DNA of 63,995 nt, filler included, from Porpidia crustulata (lineage: Eukaryota), in the NCBI GenBank assembly GCA_964255105.1. It is 3 parts of 3 records of this genome, joined end to end, with 100 filler letters (N's around TTAATTAATTAA, not from the genome) between each part and the next. Parts side by side here need not be neighbours in the genome. Positions count along the whole stretch, not along the records: positions 1 to 21,749 come from CAXUWE010000097.1; positions 21,850 to 43,582 come from CAXUWE010000098.1; 1 more part is not named here. One strand, 5' to 3'. Each line of letters starts with the position of its first letter. Position 1 is the first letter of the stretch. Of this stretch, positions 12,301 to 23,049 are shown piece by piece. The translations under genes and the position numbers were made by a program. The notes beneath the pieces are model-generated. The model did no database searches. It saw only the letters and a list, made by a program, of their open reading frames with translations, and was not told the DNA's origin.

Positions 12301-15300
12301 GGCCGGCTTGTCGAGATCGGAAAGAGAGACATTCACGAAAACACAAAATTGGATATGGACCCGTTTCGCCACAACATCTCATATTCTTCGATAGATCTCA
12401 TCACTCTATTCAGACTCAAGAAACCACTTCTCGGACGTCTCATGCGTGACTGTTTCAATCTCATCCAGGATGGTAAGATTATTCCTGCGAGTCCAATCAC
12501 CGAAGTATCCTACGCAGAAGCTCAAAAGGGATTCCGGCTGCTCCAGATGGGTAAGGTCTTTGGAAAAGTTGTTCTGGTACCTGGAGAAAACGACCTTGTG
12601 CCAGTTACACCCATTACGTACCAAGACAGACAACTGTTTGAACCCGCTAAGTCATACCTCCTGGTTGGTGGACTAGGCGGTATTGGACGTAGCTTGGCTG
12701 AGTGGATGTTCCGCAAGGGAGCGCGACACTTGGCTTTCCTTTCACGTTCGGGCGCCAATCATGGCGATGCAGAAGCTACAGTGGATTGGCTCAAGGCGAG
12801 AAACGTCAAGGTTGACGTATTTGCTGGAGATGTTGCAGATATCAGTGTTGTGAAAAGCTGCATCCGATCGCTTGGCAATGACCTCGCGGGGATCTTCCAA
12901 GCTGCTATGGTGCTGCGGGACCTGCCTTTCGCGCAAATGACCCTCGAGCAATGGCAAGCTTGTGTCACTCCTAAAGTTCGCGGAACGTACAACTTGCACA
13001 AAGCAACGATCGAGCTCAACACGAATCTCGATTTCTTCATTGGCTTCTCTTCAGCTTCTGCTATCGTCGGTGCAAAAGCTCAGGCTAACTACGCCGCTGC
13101 GAACGCCTATATTGATGCATTGATGCGTCAACGCCGGCAAAATGGACTTCCAGGCACGACTATGAATGTTGGTATGGTTGGTGGAGTCGGTGCGGTGGCT
13201 GAGGATGCCGGCCTACAAAAGGTCATGGAACGTATGGGCTACGAAGCCATAAGCGAAGTGGAACTATTCTATCAAATTGAGGAGGCTGTCACAGCCCAAT
13301 CGTCGCCTCTTAAGACAGCTCAAGAAGTCGATGATCATCAGATTATCACTGGTCTCAACATGCAAAGGAAAGATTTATATTGGGCTACCAAGCCTCTATT
13401 CCGAAATATCTATGCGAATCTCGACATTGGAATCAGTGCCGTGGCACCAGGTGTCGTTAATCTGATGAAATTGTTACAGGATGCGGGAACTGTCGAAGAA
13501 AGAACGAGCGTTCTAATGGCCGCTTTCATTGAAAAGATCGCTAGCGTTCTGTCAGTTCCTGCTGCTACGATTCAATCCGGGAATCCTCTCTCTGCATATG
13601 GCCTCGACTCAATTGTGGCTGTTGAGTTTCGAAAGTGGTTCTCTAAAACTGTGGCTGTTGATGTGTCACTTTTTGATATCCTTGGAGCAAAGTCTATCGA
13701 GGGCTTGGTCACAAAGATTAGTAAAGAGATCGCGACGACCGCCGCCGAGGTGCCAGTTGTTATATCAAATACAGCCGGTTACCAGGACTCCAAAACTGGA
13801 GAGGATGAAGTAGGCCGCACAACCAAGCAAACCCTTGCACAGGAGCTACAGATTATGCAGAAGCCAGAAAGAATCCCTATGTCAACATTCCAGAACCGTA
13901 TCTGGTTTCTTCACAATCTTCTCGAAGACCCAAGTTCTCTCAACTTCGTGATCGTGTCCCACATTGAAGGTCAGCCAGACCTCCATCTACTGCAAAAAGC
14001 ATACACCGAGTGCGCAAGGCGGAACGACATTCTTAGAACTCGATACTTCGAGGGCGATGAATTTGCTGAGCAAGCAATTATGGAGCAGAATAGTACCAAG
14101 ATAGAATCTCTTGATGTCTCAATCGATCCTCAACCCGAGAAAGCCCTTCAACGGTGCATCGCAGACACGCGCTCCATACCTCTGGACATTGAAGATGGGG
14201 AAATGATGAGGTCTATCCTGGTCAAACTAGCCGATGCACGATTTGCTTTGGTTCAAACATTCCACCATATCGCCCTCGACAATGGCAGCACCAAGTCCAT
14301 CATGGACCAATACGCAGGATTGTATGACGCTTTTCATGGCGAAAAAGATCTATCTATCGTGGCAGCTCCGCAAATCTCGTACTCGGACTTCACTGTCTGG
14401 CACAAAGACCATATGCAAACGAGACAACTTAAGGAAGACACAAGATGGTGGGAAGTTAAATTCAATGGTGCTGTTGGTGCTAATAGCCTCCTGCCTTTTG
14501 CGAAATCACAACGTCCGACGAAGCGCGGAAGTTCAAGGTCTATCTTGAGGCATACGCTTGGGCTGCCACTGCTAAAGCGGTTAAAGAGGGTCTGCACTCA
14601 GACCAATGTGACTCCATTTCAATTCCTTCTCACGGCCTTCCGCGCGTTCATTCATCGTTACACGCAAGAGGATGATCTGACTGTTTTGATGATTGATGGC
14701 AATCGCTCACACCCAGGTACGTATATTTCTGACTTGTGACCCTTCACTTTCGCGTTTCAGATTGCACGTAGAACAGCATAATGAAACCCTCGTCAAAGTC
14801 ATTGGTCAATTCTTTTTCTTTCACTCGTATTCGCTTTCGGAAGGAGACATGCTGACTTCAGAGGACTTGCTAGATCTAGAAGACGTCCTCGGATTTTTCG
14901 TCAATATGATTCCTCTTCGATGCCAAAACAACTGCGATACCAGCTTCGACAAACTCCTGGGACAAATGAAAGAGACAGTTCTTGAAGGCTTGGCTCACAG
15001 CCAGGTTCCATTTGACATCATTGTCAACGCTTCCAAAGTGAACACAGACCCTAGTCATTTCCCACTTGGTCAGTTGGTTGTTAATTATCAGATGTACGGT
15101 AAACCTCCTCAGTACAAGACGGCGGATTTCAGCATTGTAGATGTCACTATCGAGGACATTCCAACAGCAGTTGAAATGCAATTAGAAGCAATTGAAGATC
15201 CGAATTCGGGGCTGCAACTGCGATTCGAGTATGATTCCTTATTATATGGGGCTCAAGACATGGATCGATTTTTTGAGAACTTCACAACCTTCGTCAAGAG

Positions 15301-18300
15301 CGTTATACAAGATCATCTGCAGCCAGTAGACGAGATTGAAATGTGCGGTCCTAAAGAATTGAAACACCTCGAAGCTAGATGTTGGGCGGGTGATCTTCAG
15401 ATGAACGCATGGAACGATCAGTCAATTGTCAGCAAGATCATGGGATTTGCAGAAAGCCAACCTCAAGCGACTGCTATCATAACCTCGGATGGTGAAACAA
15501 TCACCTATGCAGATGTTGTTCTCAAAGGTCAAAAAATTGCTTCTCTACTCGGAGAAGCTGGGATCATGCCAGGTCAATTTGTCGGTATTTTATGCCAGCC
15601 TGGTATTGAGATGGTTACAGCTATGATTGGTGTTGCCTACATGCGATGTGGCTACGTACCTTTGGACCCGAAATTCGCACAGGGACGACTTGCCCATATG
15701 ATACAGGATTCTTCAGCTTCCATCGTATTGATTGGTACTGGTATGGACTTGCTTGTTGATGATATTTCTCGATTGCATGGAATGTCCGTATTGAAAATTC
15801 CAATTTCCTCCTCACCTTCTACACAAGATTTCGGTTTCCGCAATCCAGCGTCTGCCTTAGATCCATTCTATGTGATCTATACTTCGGTGATTTCCCCCAT
15901 ATTCTTAGTAAGATATCTTAGCTAACACATAGAAAATTAGGGGAGCACTGGGAAGCCAAAAGGCGTTGCTCTCACTCACGATAACACTCAAGCCATGTTG
16001 AGCAGTCACAATCAGCTTCACGGGTTCAATTCGCAGGACGTAATTCTCGCTCATTCGTCGATGTCTTTCGATCTCTCTGTGGCTCAGATATGGGGCTCAT
16101 TGACCTCTGGAGCTACTATGGCTTTGGCAACTCAAGAAGCAAGACATGATCCTGTTCAGCTCGCACAGTTTATGCGGAAAGCGGCTGTCACGATCACATA
16201 TATTCCGGCAACCCAATATGCTTTAATGCTGGAACACAACTCCCAAGATTTAGGACAGTGCTTGAGTTACCGTCGGGCTCTTTTCGCTGGAGAATATCTG
16301 CCAGTTCGGCTGGTCAAAGCCATCTACGACCTCGGGTTGCCAGTAGAGATTTTCAACCAATGGGGTCCTACGGAAACTACTGCGCAAACCACTTCGCACA
16401 TGGCTCCCTATCCCGGCCCTACGGAACTCAATATTCCAATTGGGCACCCCATCCCCAATTGCTCCCACTACGTTGTGGATCGACGCATGAGACCTGTCCC
16501 TGCAAGAGTTGTTGGAGAGCTTTGCATTGGCGGTGTTCAAGTTGGTCGCGGATATCTAAATCGACCCGCTGCTACAGGGCAAAACTTTGTGGAAGATAGT
16601 TTTGCTTCAGAAAGCTTCCGCGCTCAAGGATGGAAGACCCTTTACAAGACAGGAGATAAAGGTTGTTTTTTACCCGATGGGCAGATTGAATTCAAGGGCC
16701 GTATCTCTGGTGATAAGCAAATCAAACTTCGTGGTCACCGCATCGACTTAGCTGAAGTCGAGAACGAGATCCACCTTGCCGGTCAGCACCTCGTGGGGCA
16801 AAAGATTGTCGATGTTGCCGTGTTGCCATGCGCTTCTGCAATTGAGCAGACAGGATTGACCGATGACCGTCGACTCGTTGCTTTCATTGTCCTCAGTCGA
16901 GCATGCACTACTGCCGAGCAACGAATGATTGTCAACTCCTTGCGAAGGCTTCTCAGCCTAAGGCTAAATGATTACATGGTTCCCAGTGGTTGCCGGTTTA
17001 TGAACACTCTGTCTACACTGGTCAGTGCAAAAATTGATAGGCAGATGCTGCTTCAAAGTGATCTTAACCTGATCTACCCCTCATCGTGCCCGGATCCTGG
17101 AGAGCTGGAGAAACAAGGAGATCACGAGTTTCTGTCGTCGGTAATCGAAGCCTTCAAAGAAGTTTTGAAAATTGGCCACGATCGAGAGATCATTCCGACA
17201 GAGAATTTCTTTGATCTGGGTGGCCAGAGTATACTTTTACTTCGACTTCGAGCTGTGCTCAAACGCAAACTCAATGTTGAGATATCATTAACGGAGCTGT
17301 TCCAGCATCCCACACCACTAGGCATAGCCAAAAAGATACTGGAATATCCTGATGAAGAGAATCAACTGGCTTCAGCCGCTATGTTGACCGAAGGAGCAGT
17401 AAATTGGCAGAATGAGGCAATTCTACCCAACGACAGTCGTTACCATGTGAAGTCTACCGCTTTACAACTTCTTCGCTCTGATATCACAGAAATACTGGTC
17501 ACAGGTGTTGATTCATTCACTGGCGGTCATATGCTTGCGGAGCTTCTATCCGTCTACCCTTCTACACAGTTCCATGTTATGGGCTCGGAGGTAGAGCTCA
17601 CCCCTTTCGATCTATCGGCTATCTTCGAACAGTGGCAGCTCTTCGGTGATTCCGTCACCCAAGAAAGTCTGGATTCCAGGACACACTGCGTACCAGGTAC
17701 ACTCTCCTTGGCTCATTTTGGTCTGGACGAGCAGAAGTTTCAGGAACTTGGAAGAAGTGTCCAGGCAATATACCATTTCGGCGGCCAAGTTTCGCTACTC
17801 AAGACCTATCACGATCTTAAACGCCTAAATGTCGGAAGCACGCTCGATCTCGTGGAATTAGCCCGGTACGGCACCTATCTCACCGAGATTCACTATCTCT
17901 CAACCTGGAGTGTCGCGCACCTGCAATCGTGGACTAGTACCAAACGCAGCCATTCTACCGTCGACACGAGTGAGAGTAGCCCCATTCACTTCCAGCCCGG
18001 GGGCGGCGAGACCTTGGGATACTTCAAATCCCGCTGGGTGGCCGAAATGCTTCTATATGAAGCTTCGAATCGAGGCTTCCCTATCTCCATCTACCGGGCT
18101 TCTGCAGTCACAGCCAGTACAACTTCTAGTCTTGCGACCCCGGATGATAATTTCACTCACAATATGGTCCTTGGTATGATTAAGCTGGGACACATTCCAG
18201 ATTTTGGCAGTGTCGGCCCAGAGCCTACTATTGATTTCGTCCCTATCGACTATCTCGCCACGGTACTAGCTCGCCTATCAAGGAATGACCTCGTTCGCAC

Positions 18301-18637
18301 GGACAAGAGTTTAGCATACTACCATATCGGCAACCCGGCCCCGCTACCTCTGAAAGCGCTTCCGGACTTGATGGCTGAAGTCCGCGATGACGGTAGAGCA
18401 GGCTCTACTCTGCCTTTATTGGAGTGGGCTACACAGATGCGGAAGCACGGCGAGAACGATGATCAGGCACAAATGCAGTGGACTGTCTTTAAGGAATTTC
18501 TTGACATGGGGCATACGATGTTTTCTCTGGATGATACGAAGACAAAGGAAGCTTTGAAAATTATGGGAGATGGTTATGCATTTTGTCCGCCTATCGATGA
18601 AGAGTATCTTAGGACTCTGCTCAAGAGCCAGGGATAG
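6343..18637 (+). CDS. Iterative hybrid highly reducing PKS-NRPS, ~3921 aa: KS-AT-DH-psiMT-ER-KR-ACP-C-A-T-R; exons 6343-6672, 6718-6862, 6919-7135, 7294-7681, 7741-14716, 14874-15886, 15941-18637
   Basis: [35 protein letters not shown] and [18 protein letters not shown] and [33 protein letters not shown] and [40 protein letters not shown] (split by intron), [23 protein letters not shown]-terminal SDR-like R. Six GT-AG introns give an open frame of 11766 nt. Confidence 0.96.
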
Positions 18638-19127
18638 TAAGTCTCATCCCTTCTCTACACAGGCGTCGGCGTGTACTGACTTCCGCAGGAAATCCTGTAG
18701 AAGGCAGAAGAGACAGAGATTCCAGCGAAACATTTCCCTCGGTCGACCAATTCAGGCAGGGGATAGTGGACCTTTGTTCCACGCGTCGCCCATTACTTGG
18801 TTGACGGCCTCCTCATTCTGGCAAAGTGCCCCCGAAGCAGCGCCCGCTTCCAAGTCACATGTTGCTCCGCCAAAAAGCTTCCGTAGATAAATGGCTGTAG
18901 GTGTTTTCCCCATCGACTTTGTTATATACTGTCTTGTCTTAAGATTTCTTTGTTATACGAGGGCGCAAAAATACAATGTCTTCAGGGACTTCTCTTCGAT
19001 AGCTCATTAGATCGTAGTATATAGTGTTAGATGTATGGACTCATATAGATCGTATAAGTGTGAGCCGATAGAGTTATAGATATTAATCAAATTTAATGTA
19101 TATAACTGTCAATAGTAGAATGTCTCC

Positions 19128-19482
19128 GTCTATAACGAAAAGTCGAATGTGAAGAAAATCTCGTTCACATCACTGTGAAAATGATCGTCTTGTAGCGTTA
19201 CAAATGTTTAAATAATTCATTCTTTCGACAGTAGATCTCGAGACTTTTAGTTCTATTCTAAATCATTTTATGTTTTTAAGAATCAGATGTCGAGCAGTAC
19301 AGCAGTCGCACGATGTGTTTTGTTATTAATAAACTGAGTTTGCTTCTTCGCAGACGCATTAATCTACAGATCGTCGTTTAACTTCGATAATGCTTTTAAC
19401 TCGTCAGTATGCTCTTTATTAAACTCTGCTCTGAAATCGCACGAAAATTATGCGTGTTGAGCGTGATTTTAAATGACTTGCG
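19128..19482. other. AT-rich tract with no CC or GG dinucleotide; probable RIP-like mutated relic
   Basis: No CC or GG between the CC at 19126-19127 and the GG at 19482-19483, while CA, TG and CG are plentiful. Confidence 0.7.
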
Positions 19483-19671
19483 GATATAAAAAGCGACTGT
19501 CAGCGTCTGCGAGAGACTGACGCGAGTCGCGGTGTCCAAGGTCGGTAGTCGCTCGGTCTTGTTGCTGTGCGCTAAGGCTACTCTCCTTTGACAGACATTC
19601 ATCCATAAACGTGTTCTTCCCAATGCTTCATTGTCACTCGATCGGCCGTTCGGAAAAAGATTGGACTTCAC
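19140..19671 (-). pseudogene. Possible degenerate HET-domain (heterokaryon incompatibility) gene relic
   Basis: Minus-strand fragments EALGRTRLWMNVC...RLPT, then KLNDDL*INA (cf. KLGxxYLWIDA) and LLSKE*II* (cf. PLxxRGWxxQE), in the expected order but with stops and frameshifts. Confidence 0.3.
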
Positions 19672-19747
19672 TCAACGAGAACTAGCCGACGTTCACACAC
19701 TGCCAGATTCCGTCCGACATCCTCCAGCTTGAACAACACGAGACAAC

Positions 19748-20231
19748 ATGGCGGCGACAGACTCCTCGATCCGCTCCAGCTGCCACTGCGGCGCCATCAC
19801 AGTCACAGTTCCCCGGCTCCCCGACTACGTCAATGTATGCCAATGCACGATCTGTAGACGCTACGGCGCCGCTTGGGGCTACTACCATCCCGACGAAGTA
19901 AAGATCGAAACGAAGCCGAACGCAGTGATCAAGCAGTATGTCTGGGGCGATCGAGACCTGTCTTTCCACTTCTGCGATAAGTGCGGTCGCGTGTGAGTCG
20001 AGCAGTTTTTGCTCCATTCGATCGAAGACTGATGTTGTGTACGGTAGATGCTATTGGTGGCCCATTCGACCTCCGCCTACCGATGAAGGAGAATACAAAA
20101 TAGGACTTAACACAAACAATATCGATCCCGAGCTCCTGAGGTTCGTCGATCGAAAGTTTGAGTATTCGGTTTTGATGAGCCCGCTGCAGTCGAAGGATAC
20201 GGCGCATCCTAATGATCCGGCCAAGTATTGA
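19748..20231 (+). CDS. GFA/CENP-V family (glutathione-dependent formaldehyde-activating-like) zinc protein; intron 19993-20047
   Basis: SCHCGAI, CQCTICRRYGAAW and FHFCDKCG motifs; a GTGAGT...TAG intron joins ORF 19748..19996 to CYWWP...GLNTNNI. Confidence 0.88.
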
Positions 20232-20519
20232 ATACCGCGTCGAACCAGTGCAATACGCAGATGCCTTATAGATTGATTCACGAAACTTATTGCCGCATAC
20301 CTGAACGAATGTCTTCGTTCTGTGCTTATGATAGTCGTTACTGCTGTCCCAAAGTCTGCCTCGGAACTTTGAAAACCGTTGCAAACTCCAAAGCTTCATC
20401 AACAACATCACTTCTTCAACTTCCTTCTCCGACAACGCAACGTCATACCGAAACACACTCAGCGGCCCATAGCAACAGCAGCAATCACTAGGAAACGAAT
20501 CCCGTTGATACAAACCAGC

Positions 20520-20981
20520 AAATCATGGTATTTCTATCAGCACCCCTCCAAATTACTCCCGCCATCTTTCTCCTTTACCTCTTCACCGCATAAGATCCTG
20601 CTCCTAATCGCACACCCAGACGACGAAGCAACGTTCTTCGGGTTTGCTCTGCGCTACCTCACCCACCCAAGTCTCGGCAACCAAATAGTAGTCCCCTATT
20701 TCAACAGCGGCGATACCGACGGTCTAGGCCACATCCGCAAATCCGAACTCCAAAAGTCCGCCCTGCAACTCGGCATCACCTCCACCGAATACGTCGTCGT
20801 GATCGAGGATGAGAAGTTTCCGGATTCCATGACCACGAATTGGGATCCGAAAGCCATTGGGGCGATTTTACTTAGGTATTTCGCGCCGGAAATTGCCCAC
20901 ACGCCTAGTACTGCGGCATCAATAGTCTACATCGACGGATCTTGTACTTCCTCGTTGGACCCCGCGCGCTGTCGCAAATGA
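20520..20981 (+). pseudogene. Truncated PIG-L/GPI12-like GlcNAc-PI de-N-acetylase
   Basis: LLIAHPDDEATFF, GDTDGLGHIRKSEL and FPDSMTTNW are present. There is no in-frame ATG/TM leader, and the frame stops at 20981 before the TFD..GVSGHxNH motif. Confidence 0.65.
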
Positions 20982-21222
20982 AATAATACGACCAACTGCA
21001 TTGTCACGTGTTCGGACGAGGTATGATTCATTAGTTGAAGATCTTACAGCCTATGAAATATCCCGCTCTCAAATCGACCATTGATTCCTCAAAAAAACTA
21101 CAATCACCACCTGATGCCCCAGCTGCGCTCTCCCACGTCTTCACGATGACGCCGAACTCAAATCCCAGAGCTTCCCATACGTCACTGGTAGACTCCTCCT
21201 GGAAGCCGTACCGCTGTAGCTC

Positions 21223-21749
21223 TCATTTTAAGAGCCCATCCCCAACCCGATCATCCACGTTTTTGCAAAGCTCAACTGTCTCGGTCCAGAGTTTCTCAGA
21301 GAAAAACTTCCCATCAGCGGTGTCCGCGTAGGGGGCAAGTCTGAGAGAGATCGGGTTTGCTGATTAGCGTGCATACTTTCTTCCCGTTTGAGGCGGGAAA
21401 AGGGATTGGGTTATAGAGAGAGAGAGAGAAATTTGTCGACTTACGGACTAATCTCATTACTAGCAAGGTACCGACCATGCGATTCTTCGCCCGCAACTGC
21501 AGCCGCGTAGACCAAAGTCCTCGCACCCTCTTGCACCGTCCTCGCGCGCAGCTTGCGGTTCCAATTCATAGGCAGCCGCATATAAAACGGCAAATTGTTA
21601 TCGGCAGCCGTATCGACCGTTCCCGGACAAAGATTGTTGATGACGACGGCGTCGGTTCCTGCTCGGTCGGCCGTGTGTTTCGCCATCTCCCGTATGAACA
21701 TGGCGACGAGCATTCTGGAGTCCGGGTAGCGCGAGAAGCGGGAGTATTG
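21223..21749 (-). CDS. Short-chain dehydrogenase/reductase (retinol-DH/WWOX-like), 3' part only; 5' end lost in the gap; intron 21444-21341
   Basis: RYPDSRMLV, VVINNLCPGTVDT, ARTVQEGARTLVYAA and SHGRYL motifs; final exon ...EKLWTETVELC...LLK*. Confidence 0.8.
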
Positions 21750-21849
21750 NNNNNNNNNNNNNNNNNNNNNNNNNNNNNNNNNNNNNNNNNNNNTTAATTA
21801 ATTAANNNNNNNNNNNNNNNNNNNNNNNNNNNNNNNNNNNNNNNNNNNN
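21750..21849. other. Assembly gap: N44-TTAATTAATTAA-N44 artificial spacer
   Basis: N runs flank a 12-mer that has stops in all six frames; identical to the spacer at 43583-43682. Confidence 0.97.
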
Positions 21850-22365
21850 GGGGGAAAGGGGGGACGTACAGGCCCGTGACAGTGAAGGCGGTGAGGGCTT
21901 TGTAGAGCCTGCAGACCATGACTCCGGCAGTGTTGCTCCAGGTCTCGCGGGTGCAGCGATGGCCGAGGGTGTAGCTAAGGTTCCAGGTGAGGAAAGCGAG
22001 GCCGAGGATCCAGAGAACGGAAAGGAAGGAGTTGGTGTAGAGGTTAAGCTTTGGGGTGAGGGTACGGAAGTGGTAGAGGATGCTGGTGGAAATGAGGGCG
22101 ATGAGGGTGAGGAGGGACACGGTGAGGAGCTGCGGGTTGTTAGGCTGGTGCGATATGGAGGAGGAGATGGAATGGGGGTGCGCACAAGTAAGAAGGTCCA
22201 TGGGATGTAGTAGTGTTCGGCTTTGAGATGGTGAACGAAGAAAGACAGTACGGTCGCGACGATGATGGACGATAGCAATTGGCCCAGCCGGAGGATGTGG
22301 AAGGGGATTGGAGGGTAATGCGAGGGCTGCTTGGAGACTCGAGACCTTTTCATGTTGCCGTACAT
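21850..22365 (-). CDS. MARVEL-like 4-TM membrane protein, 3' end lost in the gap
   Basis: ATG at 22365; FHILRLGQLLSSIIVATVLSFF, IPWTF, an intron, further TM segments and a C..W....C.LYKAL pattern. Confidence 0.75.
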
Positions 22366-23049
22366 GGTGGACGAGACTGCAGACAAATGCAGATAAACGA
22401 ACGACTGAGAAAGAGATTCACAAGAAAGTTGAAATGGAGATTGTATGCTGTGGACGAACGAGGAAGAAACCAAATCTAACAGAGGTGATGATGTTGGCGC
22501 TAACGCTCAAGAGTTTTGGGCGGCAGGATGCCTGAAAGTTCGCGTCTCAGCCGCAATTATCCCCTCGCATTAATTGCCTGAAGGGACTGGAAGTTTCATC
22601 GTCGTCAACTCGTCGCCTGTCTGCAGCTTGGATGCTAGCTGTGCCTGTCAATTACCAGCAATATCCCTGGTGATGGTACGCCAGAGATTCTTGATGGTTC
22701 ACGGTGCAGGCTGTCTCAAGACGGAGTACTCTACTCACCCCTTCCTCGGCCATGTCGGCTTTAAATCGATCCTGTAGCCCTAACCCTTGGCAGGTGGCCA
22801 AAGGAGACTACCGTACACCCGCTGCTAACCGTGGCATCTTGTTCTATATTATAGACGCAGGAGCTTTCATTAGTCAGGCTTTAATCGTGGCCATAATATA
22901 TAGGACGTCGATGATTATGACATCCTGAATCAGTAACACAAGACTCTCACAGGAGTTCTCTGTTCCCATTGATAGGTACGGGATGTAGTAACGGTGATAC
23001 AGAGCTATCACAAGATCCTCACACAAGGACTCAACCACTCCCCGTAGTT

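Noticed and set aside
14693..15995. PKS and NRPS as separate genes, or a broken gene, as the ORF track suggests
   Set aside because: Canonical introns 14717-14873 and 15887-15940 join them in frame, restoring [13 protein letters not shown] and [11 protein letters not shown].
21415..21429. (AG)n microsatellite
   Set aside because: Short, and simply part of the pyrimidine-rich SDR intron on the minus strand.
21794..21805. TTAATTAATTAA palindromic repeat (also at 43627-43638) as a piggyBac TTAA site or regulatory element
   Set aside because: It is centred in identical N-padded 100-nt blocks, so it is an artificial six-frame-stop linker.
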